Source: Vicinamibacteria bacterium (GTDB lineage Bacteria; Acidobacteriota; Vicinamibacteria; Marinacidobacterales; Marinacidobacteraceae). From it: 64,000 nucleotides of DNA. The notes under the pieces are model-generated. The model saw only the letters and a program-made list of their open reading frames with translations. It was not told where the DNA came from and ran no database searches. The position numbers were made by a program, and so were the translations under genes. Positions within the stretch are counted from its first letter, which is position 1; each line of letters opens with the position of its first letter. The stretch lies in assembly GCA_964291235.2 (NCBI GenBank), contig OZ219816.1, forward strand, positions 384,001-448,000, given 5' to 3'. Below, piece after piece: positions 42,363 to 56,840 of this stretch.

Positions 42363-44792
42363 CTACAGCGCCTTCAGAACGCCCCACGGGCTCGAACGGA
42401 GTTCCCGCCAGGCCACCGCCGCCGCCGCGGCCCAAAGCGCCAGCCCGAGCAGCGCGGCCGGGCCGAGGAACAGCACGGTTTCGGGAGTGCCCACCCAGGG
42501 AATCCGGTGCATGAGGACACGCATCAGGAGGAATCCGCCGCCGAGTCCAGCGGCGATACCGGCGGCCACCGCCAGCGCCGTCCGTTTCACGACCTCCCAC
42601 TGGAGCGCCCCGGGCTCGGCGCCGAGAGCCTGGCGCACCGCGATGGATGGCGCTTCGCGCGTCAGATGCTCGCTGACATGCCCCATCCCGCCGAGAATGC
42701 TGAGCAGGACTCCGGCGGCGCCAAAGATCACGAGCACGAAGGACCCGAGCACCGGGCTGCCGAGTTCGCGCGAACGCTGCCGCCAGACCGATTCCGCCCG
42801 CAGCACGCGGAGCCGCGGGTCCACTTCCCGCACCGTGCGCCGGACGGCCGCCAATACTTCCGCAGTCGGCTCGCCGGCAGTGCGAACGACGATCTGCGCT
42901 CGGGGAAACGGGAGGGAGAGTCCGGCCGGGGACGCATACGGCCTATAGATGGTCGGGCTCCTGGCGGTCAACGGAAAGGTGAGCACGTCCGGGACAACGC
43001 CGACCACCTGGTACGCGCCACCCATGACCCTGACCGTCCGGCCCAGCGGGGCGTCCCCAAGCCGGCGTGCGAAGGAACGGTCGAGGACCGCGACCTGCCC
43101 GGCGGAAGGACCGTCCGAGGCGAGGAGTTCCCGGCCGGCGACTGGCCCGACGCCCAACACCCCCAGGAACCCGGGGCCAACCCGTCGTTCGGTGAAGTCA
43201 ACGGTCCGGCCGTCGTCGTCATACGAACCGCCCCTGCCGCTTTGTTCGTCGGGCATCGTCTCCCCATACGCCGCCGCCCGCACCGCGGGCAACGCCGTAA
43301 GTCGCGCCACGCTCCGGTCGAGCAGCGCCGCGCGTGTCTCGGGCGCGACCGCGCCATCACCCCAACCGCTGAAATCAACCGTGACCACGGTGAGCCCCTC
43401 CGCGGAGTAGCCGCCCCTTCCCTCGCGGAGCGCCAACACGCTGCCGCCGAGCGCTACGACCCCGGTGAGGACGACGACGGAGGCGGCCGTTCCGGCAGCC
43501 AGGAAAGGGAACGCGAACGGTCGCGCGACGATCTGGCCGCGCGCCGAATCGAGCGCCGAATGCCGCCACGCCCGCGCCGTGGCCACGAGTTGCGGCAGCT
43601 CCACCAGAGTGGCCGCGACGAGCGCGGCGAGGAACCCGGTCGCGAGCGACGCCGCGCCGAGCCGCCAGGTTTCGGCGAACGGGAGATCACTCCCGAGGCC
43701 ACGCATTCCGCCGAGCACAGCCCAGCCAATGAGCACCGCTCCCAGAAAGATCACGAGCGCTCCGGCGACGACGCGCACTGCGCTCGCGACGAGTTCGTCC
43801 CGCGGGCCGGCTCCCAGTGCCCGGCGGATGCCGGCGGCTCGGCGTTCCGCCAACGCGCGCGAAAACCGAAGCGAACTCACGCTGAAGGCGCTGACCAGGA
43901 TCAGGAGCCACGCCCCCGCGCGCAGGACGAGGAGCGTGGGGCGCAGCGAAGCCGTCAGGTCCTCCTGCATCGGAGTGATCGTCACGCGGTCCTCTCCAGT
44001 CCGCCGGTCCAGGTTCGCGATCACGCTGGTCGCCTCGGCCCCAGCCGCGGCCGGCGTGACATGCGGCTTGAGGCGGCCCACGACGGGGAAGCCGATCGTG
44101 GAAGACCGTCCCGCACCTTCGGCAGCGAGCCCTTCCAGCGCCTCCTTCGCCGGCAGCCAGATCCGGATGCCCGATGAGGGGAATACGAACTCCGGCGGCA
44201 TGACGCCGACGATCCGGAACGGCCGGCCGTCCAGCGTCACTTCGGCGCGACCGATCTCCTGTCCAGCGAACCCGGTGAGCCACAGGTCGTGGCTCACGAT
44301 CGCGACGTCGCGCGCCGGTTCCGGGAACACCGAGTCGGAAGCCGATGCCGCGGCGTGGTCCTCGGCGGCGAAGAGACGTCCGGCCTCGGGCGCAACGCCC
44401 AGCGTTTCGAGCATCCCCCGCGACACGAGCGCGGCGCCAACGTATGCGGCCGTCGAACCTGATTCCAGGACATACGCGCGGGGCGCCCAGGTCCCGATCC
44501 ATTCGAACGCCAACGAGTCCCGGCGCAGCGTCTCAACCTCGGAAGGCATCAGGTTGTCGCCAACGCGGCCGGCAGGCGCGGACGCTCCGGGGGTAGATTC
44601 GAGGGAGACGTTCACGACGTTCGCGGGATCCCGGAAGACCAGCGGGCGGACGATCGCCGTGTCCCAGACCGCTTCGACGCCGAGGGCGGCGCCGACCGAC
44701 ACCGCAAGCGTGAGGCACACGCCGCCGGCGTTCCAGGGAGCAGCGCCAAAAGACCGCAGCGCGGCTATGACGGCTGCACGCGTGCGGATCAC
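42363..44792 (-). CDS. Divergent ADOP/MacB-like duplicated ABC permease
   Basis: IVSHDLW, IVGVMPPEFVFP, GRLKP, IRRALGA, VVGVV.D, AVRQALGA. Confidence 0.82.
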   Translation of the reverse strand: MIRTRAAVIAALRSFGAAPWNAGGVCLTLAVSVGAALGVEAVWDTAIVRPLVFRDPANVVNVSLESTPGASAPAGRVGDNLMPSEVETLRRDSLAFEWIGTWAPRAYVLESGSTAAYVGAALVSRGMLETLGVAPEAGRLFAAEDHAAASASDSVFPEPARDVAIVSHDLWLTGFAGQEIGRAEVTLDGRPFRIVGVMPPEFVFPSSGIRIWLPAKEALEGLAAEGAGRSSTIGFPVVGRLKPHVTPAAAGAEATSVIANLDRRTGEDRVTITPMQEDLTASLRPTLLVLRAGAWLLILVSAFSVSSLRFSRALAERRAAGIRRALGAGPRDELVASAVRVVAGALVIFLGAVLIGWAVLGGMRGLGSDLPFAETWRLGAASLATGFLAALVAATLVELPQLVATARAWRHSALDSARGQIVARPFAFPFLAAGTAASVVVLTGVVALGGSVLALREGRGGYSAEGLTVVTVDFSGWGDGAVAPETRAALLDRSVARLTALPAVRAAAYGETMPDEQSGRGGSYDDDGRTVDFTERRVGPGFLGVLGVGPVAGRELLASDGPSAGQVAVLDRSFARRLGDAPLGRTVRVMGGAYQVVGVVPDVLTFPLTARSPTIYRPYASPAGLSLPFPRAQIVVRTAGEPTAEVLAAVRRTVREVDPRLRVLRAESVWRQRSRELGSPVLGSFVLVIFGAAGVLLSILGGMGHVSEHLTREAPSIAVRQALGAEPGALQWEVVKRTALAVAAGIAAGLGGGFLLMRVLMHRIPWVGTPETVLFLGPAALLGLALWAAAAAVAWRELRSSPWGVLKAL

Positions 44793-44891
44793 CGGGGCCT
44801 CCCGGTCAGGCGCTGGCGGGGGCCCCGCATGGTGACGTCCGCGCGGGAATGCTGGAATCGTCCCGTGCGGCGCGGAGGACGCCCATGGTTC

Positions 44892-45733
44892 CTATTCCTC
44901 GCTCGCCCGCTGCAACGCTGCCTGGACGAGTTGCCCAACCGGACCCGGAATCCGGGCCAAGAGATGGATGTCAGAAACCTCGTCCAGCCTGGCGCCGTGC
45001 TCCAGCAGCAGCTCCAGGAGCGGCACATCCTGCATGGCGACGACTGCCTTGAGGGGCTCGTCGCCGCTCCGGTTCTCCAGATTCGGGTCCGCGCCGAGTT
45101 CGAGCAACAGGCGCGCGAACTCAATGGGATCGGACCCGTTCCCGGATGCCTCGCCCGTCATGCGGCGGCGGAACAACCCTCCGACCAGATGGGTCAGCGC
45201 GGTGTTCCCGGATCGTGCTGTGTGTTGACTTCCGTACCCGCCGCCAGGAGCCGCCGCCCCGCATCCAGCGCGGCCGAATCGGCTGCGCGCATCAGCGGGG
45301 TGACGCCCTGCCCGTCGGGCGCAGACGGGTCCGCGCCGGCCGCCAGCAGGATGTCCACGACGTCCGGCGAATTGGCGCGCGCCGCCTGATGCAGCGGTCC
45401 ATGACCATTCAGCGCTTCTCGCCCGTTTGGGGAAACACCTTCGCTCAGCAGAGTTCGAACCCGGCCGGCGTCTGCCGCGCGCGCCGCGGCCACCAGCTGC
45501 CCTACTGTCGTCGTGTCGTCGATCGCGGCCTTCTTCTCGGCCTTCTCGACCGTCTCCTCCAGGTCAGTAGGGGCTTGGATGCGAATGGCCGGAGGCTGCT
45601 CTTCCGACGGCGCGCCGCTCACAGCACGGTCCGATCCCAGTCGGGCGATCGCGATTGTCGCGAGCGCCACCAGCGCAGCGGCCACCGCGCCATAGGCCCC
45701 CAACCGGACCCGTCTTGCTATTCGTGGACTCAT
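44892..45733 (-). pseudogene. Ankyrin-repeat protein with N-terminal TM segment, split by a 1-bp frameshift near 45210
   Basis: GHGPLHQAA..LLAAGADP, GVTPLMRAA..LLAAG; repeats resume in another frame as GNTALTH..LLLELGADPN..PL..LLLEHGA. Confidence 0.8.
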
Positions 45734-45776
45734 TCTGTGCCTCCCGGGACTCCCATGCGGTCCCTGTCTACCCTTG

Positions 45777-45809
45777 GGTTAAGCGTGCCGCGCGTCGGAT
45801 TTCAAGACC
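45777..45809 (-). promoter_or_regulatory. Bipartite motif GGTCTTGAAA-N11-GCACGCTTAACC, copy 1
   Basis: Identical boxes and spacing recur at 49225-49257; lies 43 bp upstream of the ankyrin gene. Confidence 0.65.
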
Positions 45810-45913
45810 CAAATCACGAGATCGCTACGGGCCGGCGGAACGGCGGCCTGGTCTCCCCAACGGCCCCGCGATTCCTCGGGGAGAGCGACCGCGCGGGTCG
45901 GTTCGGCGTCTCG

Positions 45914-47173
45914 TTACCGCAGACGGATCTGGTCCCAGATGTCCCACGAGGACGTGTCGGAGAGGATGATCTCGTCCCCCTCGGCGAGGCCATTGAGCAC
46001 CTCGATCCGGTTCACCGAGGTCCGGCCCAGCTCTACCTGGACACGCACTGCCGTCTGACCGTCGGGGGCGATCCGGAAGAGCTCGGCCGTGCTCCCCGGC
46101 TGGCCGTAGGCCGGTCGGCCAACGTGGAGGGTGTTCTGAATCGTGTCCAGCTCGATCGTGCCGTCCACCGAGAGGTCAGGACGGGCGCCCCGAGGAAGCT
46201 CGCCTTCGAGCCGGATGTCCACCGCCACCGTTCCGTCCCGCACCGCGGGATCGACCCGGGACACGACGCCTTCGACGACTCCGTTCCGGGTGTCCACCCG
46301 TGCCGACTGGCCGGGTTCCACGTCCCGCGCCTGGGCTTCGGCGATGCGTAGCACGGCCTTCAGTCGCCGGGGATCGGCAACGCGCGCGAGGTTCTGCCCG
46401 GGACTCACTTCCTGGCCGATTTCGACCGGGACCTCCAGCAGGATGCCGACCCGTCCGGCCCGCACCGTGAGCGCGGCCAACTGGCGCCGGCGGAGTTCCA
46501 GCGCGGCGCGATAGCGGGCCACCGTCGCCTCCTTGGAGGCGAGCTGAGCCGCGGTCGAATCGGAAAGGATGGAGAGACGTTCCTCTTCGAGGGCGTGGCG
46601 GGTTTCGAATTCCTCCGCGGTCACCTCGCTGCGGCGGTGGATGAGTTCGCCGACGAGTCCCGCCTCGAAGAGCCTTCGGTCGGCGTCGGCGCGCCGGCCG
46701 GCCCTTGCCGCGGCGGCCGCCAACTCCCCGGCCGCGTTCTGCTGCTCCAGCAGGACGGATCGGGTCTGGTGCCGCAGCCGGCGGAGTTCCGCTTCCTGGG
46801 CGCGGACCTGCAGCTCGGCCTCGCGGGTCTGCTCGACAAGCTCCGGATTCGAAAGGACCAGCAGCGCGGTGTCGGCCTCGACCGGAGTCCCCGGCAGAAC
46901 GCGCCGCTCCTCGACCCGTCCCCGGGTCTCGGCGGCCAGCCAGCGGATCTGTTCGGGCGGGACTTGCAGGCTGCCGGGGCCGCGCACCTGCCGCACGAAG
47001 TCACCGCGCTCCACAACGCCCGTCCAGGCGGCCGAACGGTGCACCTCGGGGACGGCGGGGGCAATTTGTCCGAGCCCGATCAGGAAGGCCGCGAACGTGA
47101 CCGTCCCTCCAGCGCCGAAGACCAACCGCCGGTTTCGGCGTTTCCGCTGCCGGTCGGCGATCCGGAAGTCCAT
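45914..47173 (-). CDS. Efflux periplasmic adaptor (MacA/HlyD family)
   Basis: N-terminal TM, V.RG..VR.VRGPG, coiled coil, VDP.V.DGTV.VD, RPDLSVDG, GLAEGD.IILSD. Confidence 0.9.
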   Translation of the reverse strand: MDFRIADRQRKRRNRRLVFGAGGTVTFAAFLIGLGQIAPAVPEVHRSAAWTGVVERGDFVRQVRGPGSLQVPPEQIRWLAAETRGRVEERRVLPGTPVEADTALLVLSNPELVEQTREAELQVRAQEAELRRLRHQTRSVLLEQQNAAGELAAAAARAGRRADADRRLFEAGLVGELIHRRSEVTAEEFETRHALEEERLSILSDSTAAQLASKEATVARYRAALELRRRQLAALTVRAGRVGILLEVPVEIGQEVSPGQNLARVADPRRLKAVLRIAEAQARDVEPGQSARVDTRNGVVEGVVSRVDPAVRDGTVAVDIRLEGELPRGARPDLSVDGTIELDTIQNTLHVGRPAYGQPGSTAELFRIAPDGQTAVRVQVELGRTSVNRIEVLNGLAEGDEIILSDTSSWDIWDQIRLR

Positions 47174-47200
47174 CGCGCGCCTCCTTCAGACCGGCTTCCC

Positions 47201-47884
47201 CTACCCCGGATCCCGAACGATGCGACCGTCGAAGAGATGGATGGTCCGCTCCGCGCGATCGGCGTAGCGCGGGTCGTGGGTCACCATGCAGATGGTCGCC
47301 CCTCCCCGGTGGAGCGAATCCAGCATGTCCATCACCTCGGTGCCATTCTTCGAGTCGAGGTTCCCCGTGGGTTCGTCGGCGAGCAGGATGGAGGGCTCCC
47401 CGACGACGGCCCGGGCGACCGCGACGCGCTGCTGTTGGCCCCCGGAAAGCTGGGAGGGGAAATGCTTGCGGCGATGGGACATCCCCACGCGTTCGAGCGC
47501 GTCGAGAGTACGGCGCTTTCGCTCGGCGCCCGGGGTTCCCCGGTACACGAGCGGCAGTTCCACGTTCTCGTAGACCGTCAGATCACCGATCAGATTGAAA
47601 GCCTGGAAGACGAAGCCCACTTCGCGGTTGCGGATCCGGGCTCGCTCGGTCAATCCGAGGTTCGCCACCGAATGGCCGTTCAGGAGGTACTCCCCCGCGT
47701 TCGGGGTGTCGAGCAAGCCCAGAATCGAGAGCAGCGTGGACTTCCCGCACCCCGAAGGCCCTGAAATCGCCACGTAGTCGCCCGCATCGAAGCCCAGGCT
47801 GATTTCGGACAGGGCGTGAGTCTCCACCTCGTCCGTATGAAAGATCTTGCTGATGCTACTCAGTCGGATGACAGGGTCAGGCAT
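47201..47884 (-). CDS. MacB/LolD-type ABC ATP-binding protein
   Basis: GPSGCGKST, GFVFQAFNL, LSGGQQQRVA, LADEPTGNLD, VTHD. Confidence 0.95.
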   Translation of the reverse strand: MPDPVIRLSSISKIFHTDEVETHALSEISLGFDAGDYVAISGPSGCGKSTLLSILGLLDTPNAGEYLLNGHSVANLGLTERARIRNREVGFVFQAFNLIGDLTVYENVELPLVYRGTPGAERKRRTLDALERVGMSHRRKHFPSQLSGGQQQRVAVARAVVGEPSILLADEPTGNLDSKNGTEVMDMLDSLHRGGATICMVTHDPRYADRAERTIHLFDGRIVRDPG

Positions 47885-47958
47885 GACCTCTCCTTTCGCC
47901 GACGGGTTGGCATTCCCGCTTTCGGCCTTTCTCCGCTGGCGCGTTACATCGAGCGTAG

Positions 47959-49212
47959 TCATCGGAGGCGTATCCGGTCGTGCCCGTCCCAGGCCGAGGT
48001 GTCGGAGAGGATCACCGTGTCGCCTTCCATCAGGCCCTCCCGGATCTCCACGGTGTTGACCGAGGCTTTGCCGAGGCGCACTCGCACGCGGACGGCGTGG
48101 CTCCCGTCCCCGGCAATCCGGAACAGATCCACCTCCTCCCCTTCCTGCCCGAACGCCGGACGACCGACATGCAGCGCATCTTCGAGCCGCTCGATCTCCA
48201 CAAGGCCCTCTACCGAGAGTTCGCTCCGGGTGCCGCGGGGCAGTTCGTCGGTCAGCATGACATCTACGGTTACCGCGCCGTCGCGGACCGCCGGTTCCAC
48301 TCGGGTAACGCGGCCGGAAACGACTCCGTTCCGGGTGTCCACGCGGGCCGTCTGCCCCACCTCGATGTCCTTCGCCTGGGCTTCCGCGATCCGCAGCTCG
48401 GCCTTCAGGCGGGACGGTTCGGCGACCCTGGCGAGGCTGTCTCCCGGCGCAACCTGCTGGCCGATCTCCACCGCAACCTCTTGAACTACGCCAGCGATTC
48501 CCGCCCGAACCTCAAGCCGGGACACCAGCTCGTGCTGGAGTTCCGCCACCGCCCGCCACCGCGCGACGCGCGCCTCTTCGGCAACCAGCTCGGCCGCCGC
48601 CACCTGTTGTGCCAGGCGGAGACGTTCTCCCTCATGGTCGGCGCGCGTCCGGAGTTCGGCGGCGGCTTCCTGGCTGTCCTCCAACGCGATCCACCCGATG
48701 ATCCCCTCGGCGTAGATCTCCGCATCGGCTTCCGCGCTGAGGGCAGCCTGCCGGGCCTGCGCCTCGACGGAGGCGAGCACCGACCGCTGCTGCAGCACCG
48801 CGCGGCGAAGCTGCACCCGCCGGTCGTGCAAGCTGGCCTCCGCGGCGGCGAGATCGAGCTCCGCACCCGTGAGTTCCTGGACCAGGCGCGGGTTCTCAAG
48901 GGTCAGGATCACCGTTGCCGGTTCGACCCGGAGGCCCGGGAGCGCGTGCACGGTTGCCACTCGTCCGGACGTTCCGGCCGCTACCCGCCGTACGTCCACC
49001 GGCACCAACGTTCCGGCCCCGCGGACGCTCAGCAACATCTCGCCTCGCCGGACCGTGTCCAGGAAGACAGTGTCCCGGTCCACGGCGGGAGCGGCGGGGG
49101 CAAGCCCGAGGATCAGCAGGACGAGCGCGACGAGAAGGACTGCTCCCGAGCAAACGAAAGCAATACTGCGTCGGCGGCGACTCGCGGCGACTCCTTCACG
49201 GGCTACATCCAT
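47959..49212 (-). CDS. Efflux periplasmic adaptor (MacA/HlyD family), second paralog
   Basis: Paralog of 45914-47173 (LRIAEAQA.D.E.GQ.ARVDTRNGVV, ILSDTS.WD..D.IRLR). Confidence 0.9.
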   Translation of the reverse strand: MDVAREGVAASRRRRSIAFVCSGAVLLVALVLLILGLAPAAPAVDRDTVFLDTVRRGEMLLSVRGAGTLVPVDVRRVAAGTSGRVATVHALPGLRVEPATVILTLENPRLVQELTGAELDLAAAEASLHDRRVQLRRAVLQQRSVLASVEAQARQAALSAEADAEIYAEGIIGWIALEDSQEAAAELRTRADHEGERLRLAQQVAAAELVAEEARVARWRAVAELQHELVSRLEVRAGIAGVVQEVAVEIGQQVAPGDSLARVAEPSRLKAELRIAEAQAKDIEVGQTARVDTRNGVVSGRVTRVEPAVRDGAVTVDVMLTDELPRGTRSELSVEGLVEIERLEDALHVGRPAFGQEGEEVDLFRIAGDGSHAVRVRVRLGKASVNTVEIREGLMEGDTVILSDTSAWDGHDRIRLR

Positions 49213-49224
49213 GGCTACCGTACT

Positions 49225-49257
49225 GGTTAAGCGTGCGACACCCAGGTTTTCAAGACC
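49225..49257 (-). promoter_or_regulatory. Bipartite motif GGTCTTGAAA-N11-GCACGCTTAACC, copy 2
   Basis: Ends 12 bp upstream of the ATG at 49212; matches 45777-45809. Confidence 0.65.
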
Positions 49258-49366
49258 GGGATTGATTCAATTCGACACTTCCCCCCGTGCCAGGAGTGCA
49301 GGGGACACCATCTTGGCCGCGCTACGCGGAATACGGTGCCCCCCCAACCGCGGGCGCGGTTTTCCG

Positions 49367-49411
49367 GTTTCGCGGCCTGCGGCCGCGATGCCGGCCGGAG
49401 GCCGGCGCTCC
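49367..49411. repeat. REP element
   Basis: GTTTCGCGGCC..CGGCCGCGATGCCGGCCGGAGGCCGGCGCTCC; near copy at 56896-56941; last 24 bp are the exact inverse of 37181-37204. Confidence 0.75.
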
Positions 49412-49427
49412 TACTGGCGGGCCCTGG

Positions 49428-51653
<2,226 letters not shown>

Positions 51654-51700
51654 CTAAGACCCCTCTTATGCGGAAGGACGGAGGAAACGGACCGGGGGCG

Positions 51701-54028
<2,328 letters not shown>

Positions 54029-55156
54029 TCAGCCGACAACAACGCCAAAGAGGCGGCCCACGGCGTGGGTCAGCGCCGCCGCTCCCCCGCCGATCGCGGC
54101 CATTCTGAGACCGCTGCGGACGGCGCTCTTGCCAGTGAACAGACTGGATGCCGCGCCCGCGCCGAACAGCGCGACGAGCGCCAGCGACGCTCCCGCGGCG
54201 AGTGCCGTCGTCCCTCCCGCCAGCGCGAACGGCAGGAGCGGAACGACCGCGCCAACGCCAAAACTCACGAAGGAGGCGATCGCTGCCGCCCACGGCGACC
54301 CGAGCTCGCCGGGATTGAGGCCCAGCTCCTCCTGCGCGAGGACATCGAGGGCCCGCTCCGGATCGGCGATGAGCCGGTTCGCGAGTTCCCGCGCCTCGGC
54401 CGGCGATATCCCGCGGGCCTCGAAGATCAGCGCCAGTTCCGCCGCCTCGTCGTCCGGATAGAGCCGCAGCTCCTCCTCCTCGAGCGCGATCTGCTGCTCC
54501 AGCATCTCGATCTGCGAGCGCACCGACAGGTACTCCCCCGCCGCCATCGAGAGCGACCCGGCGATCAGCCCGGCGGCTCCGGCCACCAGCACGAAGCCGG
54601 AATCCCCGGTCGCCCCGCCCACGCCCAGGATCAGTGCGGTGTTCGAGACCAGGCCGTCGTTGATCCCGAACACGGCCGCCCGGAAAGCCGTCGCCCGCCG
54701 GGTTCCGGCATGCCTTCGCTCCTCCTCCAGGATGTGCTGGCGTGCGGGGAGGGCCGCCGCCGGGCCCGTTCGCTTCGCCAGCAGCGCTTCGAGCGTCGTG
54801 GGCGTCGAGCGATACACCGACAGACCACGAACCTTGAGCGCGGCGAGCACCGGGAGCAGGGGGCGCGGTCCAAAGCGGCGGATCAGCCGAGCGACAAGTC
54901 GAACCCGCGGCGGTGGTTCGTACGGACCGGGGGCCGGCGCGCCCGCCTCTTCCAGCGCCCGCACCCACGCCCGGCTCTGGTGCAGCGCGTCCGCCGACAG
55001 CGCCGCGAAGAGCTTTCTTCGCTCGCCCGTCTCCAGCTCGGCGAGCACCTGGTAAAGCCACGCCGACTGGACCTCGCTCTCCCAACTCCGGTGGAGCGAC
55101 GACACCCCGGCGGTCCCGGCTCCCGGGGTCTCGCCGCCTCGGGAAGCGCTCACCAA
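54029..55156 (-). CDS. VIT1/CCC1 family transporter with N-terminal ferritin/rubrerythrin-like domain
   Basis: E..SA.LY..LA..E N-terminal domain; RAAVFGINDGLVSN, SMAAGEYLSV.SQ, EELGLNP. Exact start uncertain. Confidence 0.88.
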   Translation of the reverse strand: MVSASRGGETPGAGTAGVSSLHRSWESEVQSAWLYQVLAELETGERRKLFAALSADALHQSRAWVRALEEAGAPAPGPYEPPPRVRLVARLIRRFGPRPLLPVLAALKVRGLSVYRSTPTTLEALLAKRTGPAAALPARQHILEEERRHAGTRRATAFRAAVFGINDGLVSNTALILGVGGATGDSGFVLVAGAAGLIAGSLSMAAGEYLSVRSQIEMLEQQIALEEEELRLYPDDEAAELALIFEARGISPAEARELANRLIADPERALDVLAQEELGLNPGELGSPWAAAIASFVSFGVGAVVPLLPFALAGGTTALAAGASLALVALFGAGAASSLFTGKSAVRSGLRMAAIGGGAAALTHAVGRLFGVVVG

Positions 55157-55263
55157 CCCATTCTAGGACGCACCCTCCCCGTGCCGTTGGCCTCCCGAAA
55201 GTACCCTCTCCCCTCATCCGGTGGGCGGGGCGGAACGAGCCACGGGCCGGATCGGAGGCACAC

Positions 55264-56832
55264 ATGAGGCAAGGCCTGACCAAAACAGCGGCCGCCACCG
55301 CGGTGGCATTCGTCACCGCCGCGGCCGCGGCCCAGACCCCGTACCCGGTGGACCGGGAGATGGTGGCCAAGATCCGCGAGGAGGGACTCCACCGCTCCCA
55401 GCTTCCGGACACCCTGTCCTACATGACCGACGTGCTCGGGGGTCGCCTGACCAACTCGGCGGCGATGGACCGGGCGCAGCGCTGGGCGCTCGAGGAGATG
55501 GCCGAGATCGGGCTCGAGAACACCGCGCGCGAACCCTTCATGACCTACGGGGCGAGCTGGGACAACGAGTACTTCTCGCTGCACATGCGGGAACCCGCCT
55601 ACCAGACGCTGGTCGGCTATCCCATCGCCCACACGCCGGGGACAGAGGGCAACCAGGAGCTGGAAGTGGTCATCGCGGACGTGCGGACCCGCGGCGACCT
55701 CGACGCCCTGCGGGGGAAGCTCCGGGGCAAGGCGGTCCTCTCGACGCCGCCAGCCACGGTGGACCTGACCCGTTTCGCCACCGGAACTCCACCCCGGGAT
55801 TTTCAGGAAATGCGGACCCTTCGGGAGAACGTCCTGCCCCGGTCGGAGCCGGACCCGGTTTTCACAAGCCCGTACTCCGACCTTCCGCCTCACCCCGACC
55901 TCCTGAGCCCGGTGGAACGACTCGAGTTCTACGTTGCCGAAGGCGCCGCCGCGGTGCTCGAATCGCGGAGCGGCTGGCCGGGCGCGGTGCGCGGGTTCGC
56001 CCGCCCCGGCGCGAAGGTGGACATGTGGGATCGGGGCGCGACCCTGTCGTCGCTCCCGATCGTCGCGATCACTCCGGAGCACTACAACCGGATGTACCGG
56101 ATCCGCCGGCGTGGTCTCCCGGTCACCATCGAGCTGGAGATCCGCAACCGGCACGGGGAGGCCGCGAGCGAGGCCAGGAACGTCCTTGGCGAGATCCCCG
56201 GGTCGGATCTCGCCCACGAACTCGTGATGCTGGGCGCCCATTTCGACACTTGGCACGCGAGCCCGAACGCCAGCGACAACACCTCGGGGGTGGCGGTGAT
56301 GCTGGAGGCGATGCGGATCCTGAAGGCGATCGGCGCCGAGCCGCGCCGTACGATCCGGATCGCGCTCTGGTCGGGCGAGGAGCAGGGCATCTTCGGTTCG
56401 CGGGCTTATGTGAAAAAGCACTTCGGCGATCCGAACGATCCCGAAGTCGGGAAGAAGCCCGGCTACGACAACGTCTCCGTGTACTTCAACCAGGACTACG
56501 GCCCCGGCCGCTACCGCGGGGTCTGGCTCCAGGAGAACGAACACGTCCGTCCCGTCTTCGAGTCGTGGATGGCCCCGTTCCGCGACTTCGGGATGACGAC
56601 CCTGGCGCCCGCCAGCGTGGGGAGCACCGACCACGTGCCCTTCGACGATGCCGGACTACCCGGCTTCCAGTTCCTGCAGGCGCGCGTGGGCGGCACCGGA
56701 GGCCACACGAACCTCGACTTCTACGACACCCTGCCGATCGACGACCTCAAGAAGAACGCGGTCGTGGTGGCGGCGTTCGTGTACCACGCCGCGATGGCGG
56801 ACGAGAAGCTGCCGCGGAAGGGCCGGAGGTAG
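55264..56832 (+). CDS. Secreted M28/M20 family metallopeptidase
   Basis: Signal peptide; LGAHFDTWH, ASDN.SG, GEEQG, STDHVPF. Confidence 0.9.
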   Translation: MRQGLTKTAAATAVAFVTAAAAAQTPYPVDREMVAKIREEGLHRSQLPDTLSYMTDVLGGRLTNSAAMDRAQRWALEEMAEIGLENTAREPFMTYGASWDNEYFSLHMREPAYQTLVGYPIAHTPGTEGNQELEVVIADVRTRGDLDALRGKLRGKAVLSTPPATVDLTRFATGTPPRDFQEMRTLRENVLPRSEPDPVFTSPYSDLPPHPDLLSPVERLEFYVAEGAAAVLESRSGWPGAVRGFARPGAKVDMWDRGATLSSLPIVAITPEHYNRMYRIRRRGLPVTIELEIRNRHGEAASEARNVLGEIPGSDLAHELVMLGAHFDTWHASPNASDNTSGVAVMLEAMRILKAIGAEPRRTIRIALWSGEEQGIFGSRAYVKKHFGDPNDPEVGKKPGYDNVSVYFNQDYGPGRYRGVWLQENEHVRPVFESWMAPFRDFGMTTLAPASVGSTDHVPFDDAGLPGFQFLQARVGGTGGHTNLDFYDTLPIDDLKKNAVVVAAFVYHAAMADEKLPRKGRR

Positions 56833-56840
56833 GGGCCGGG

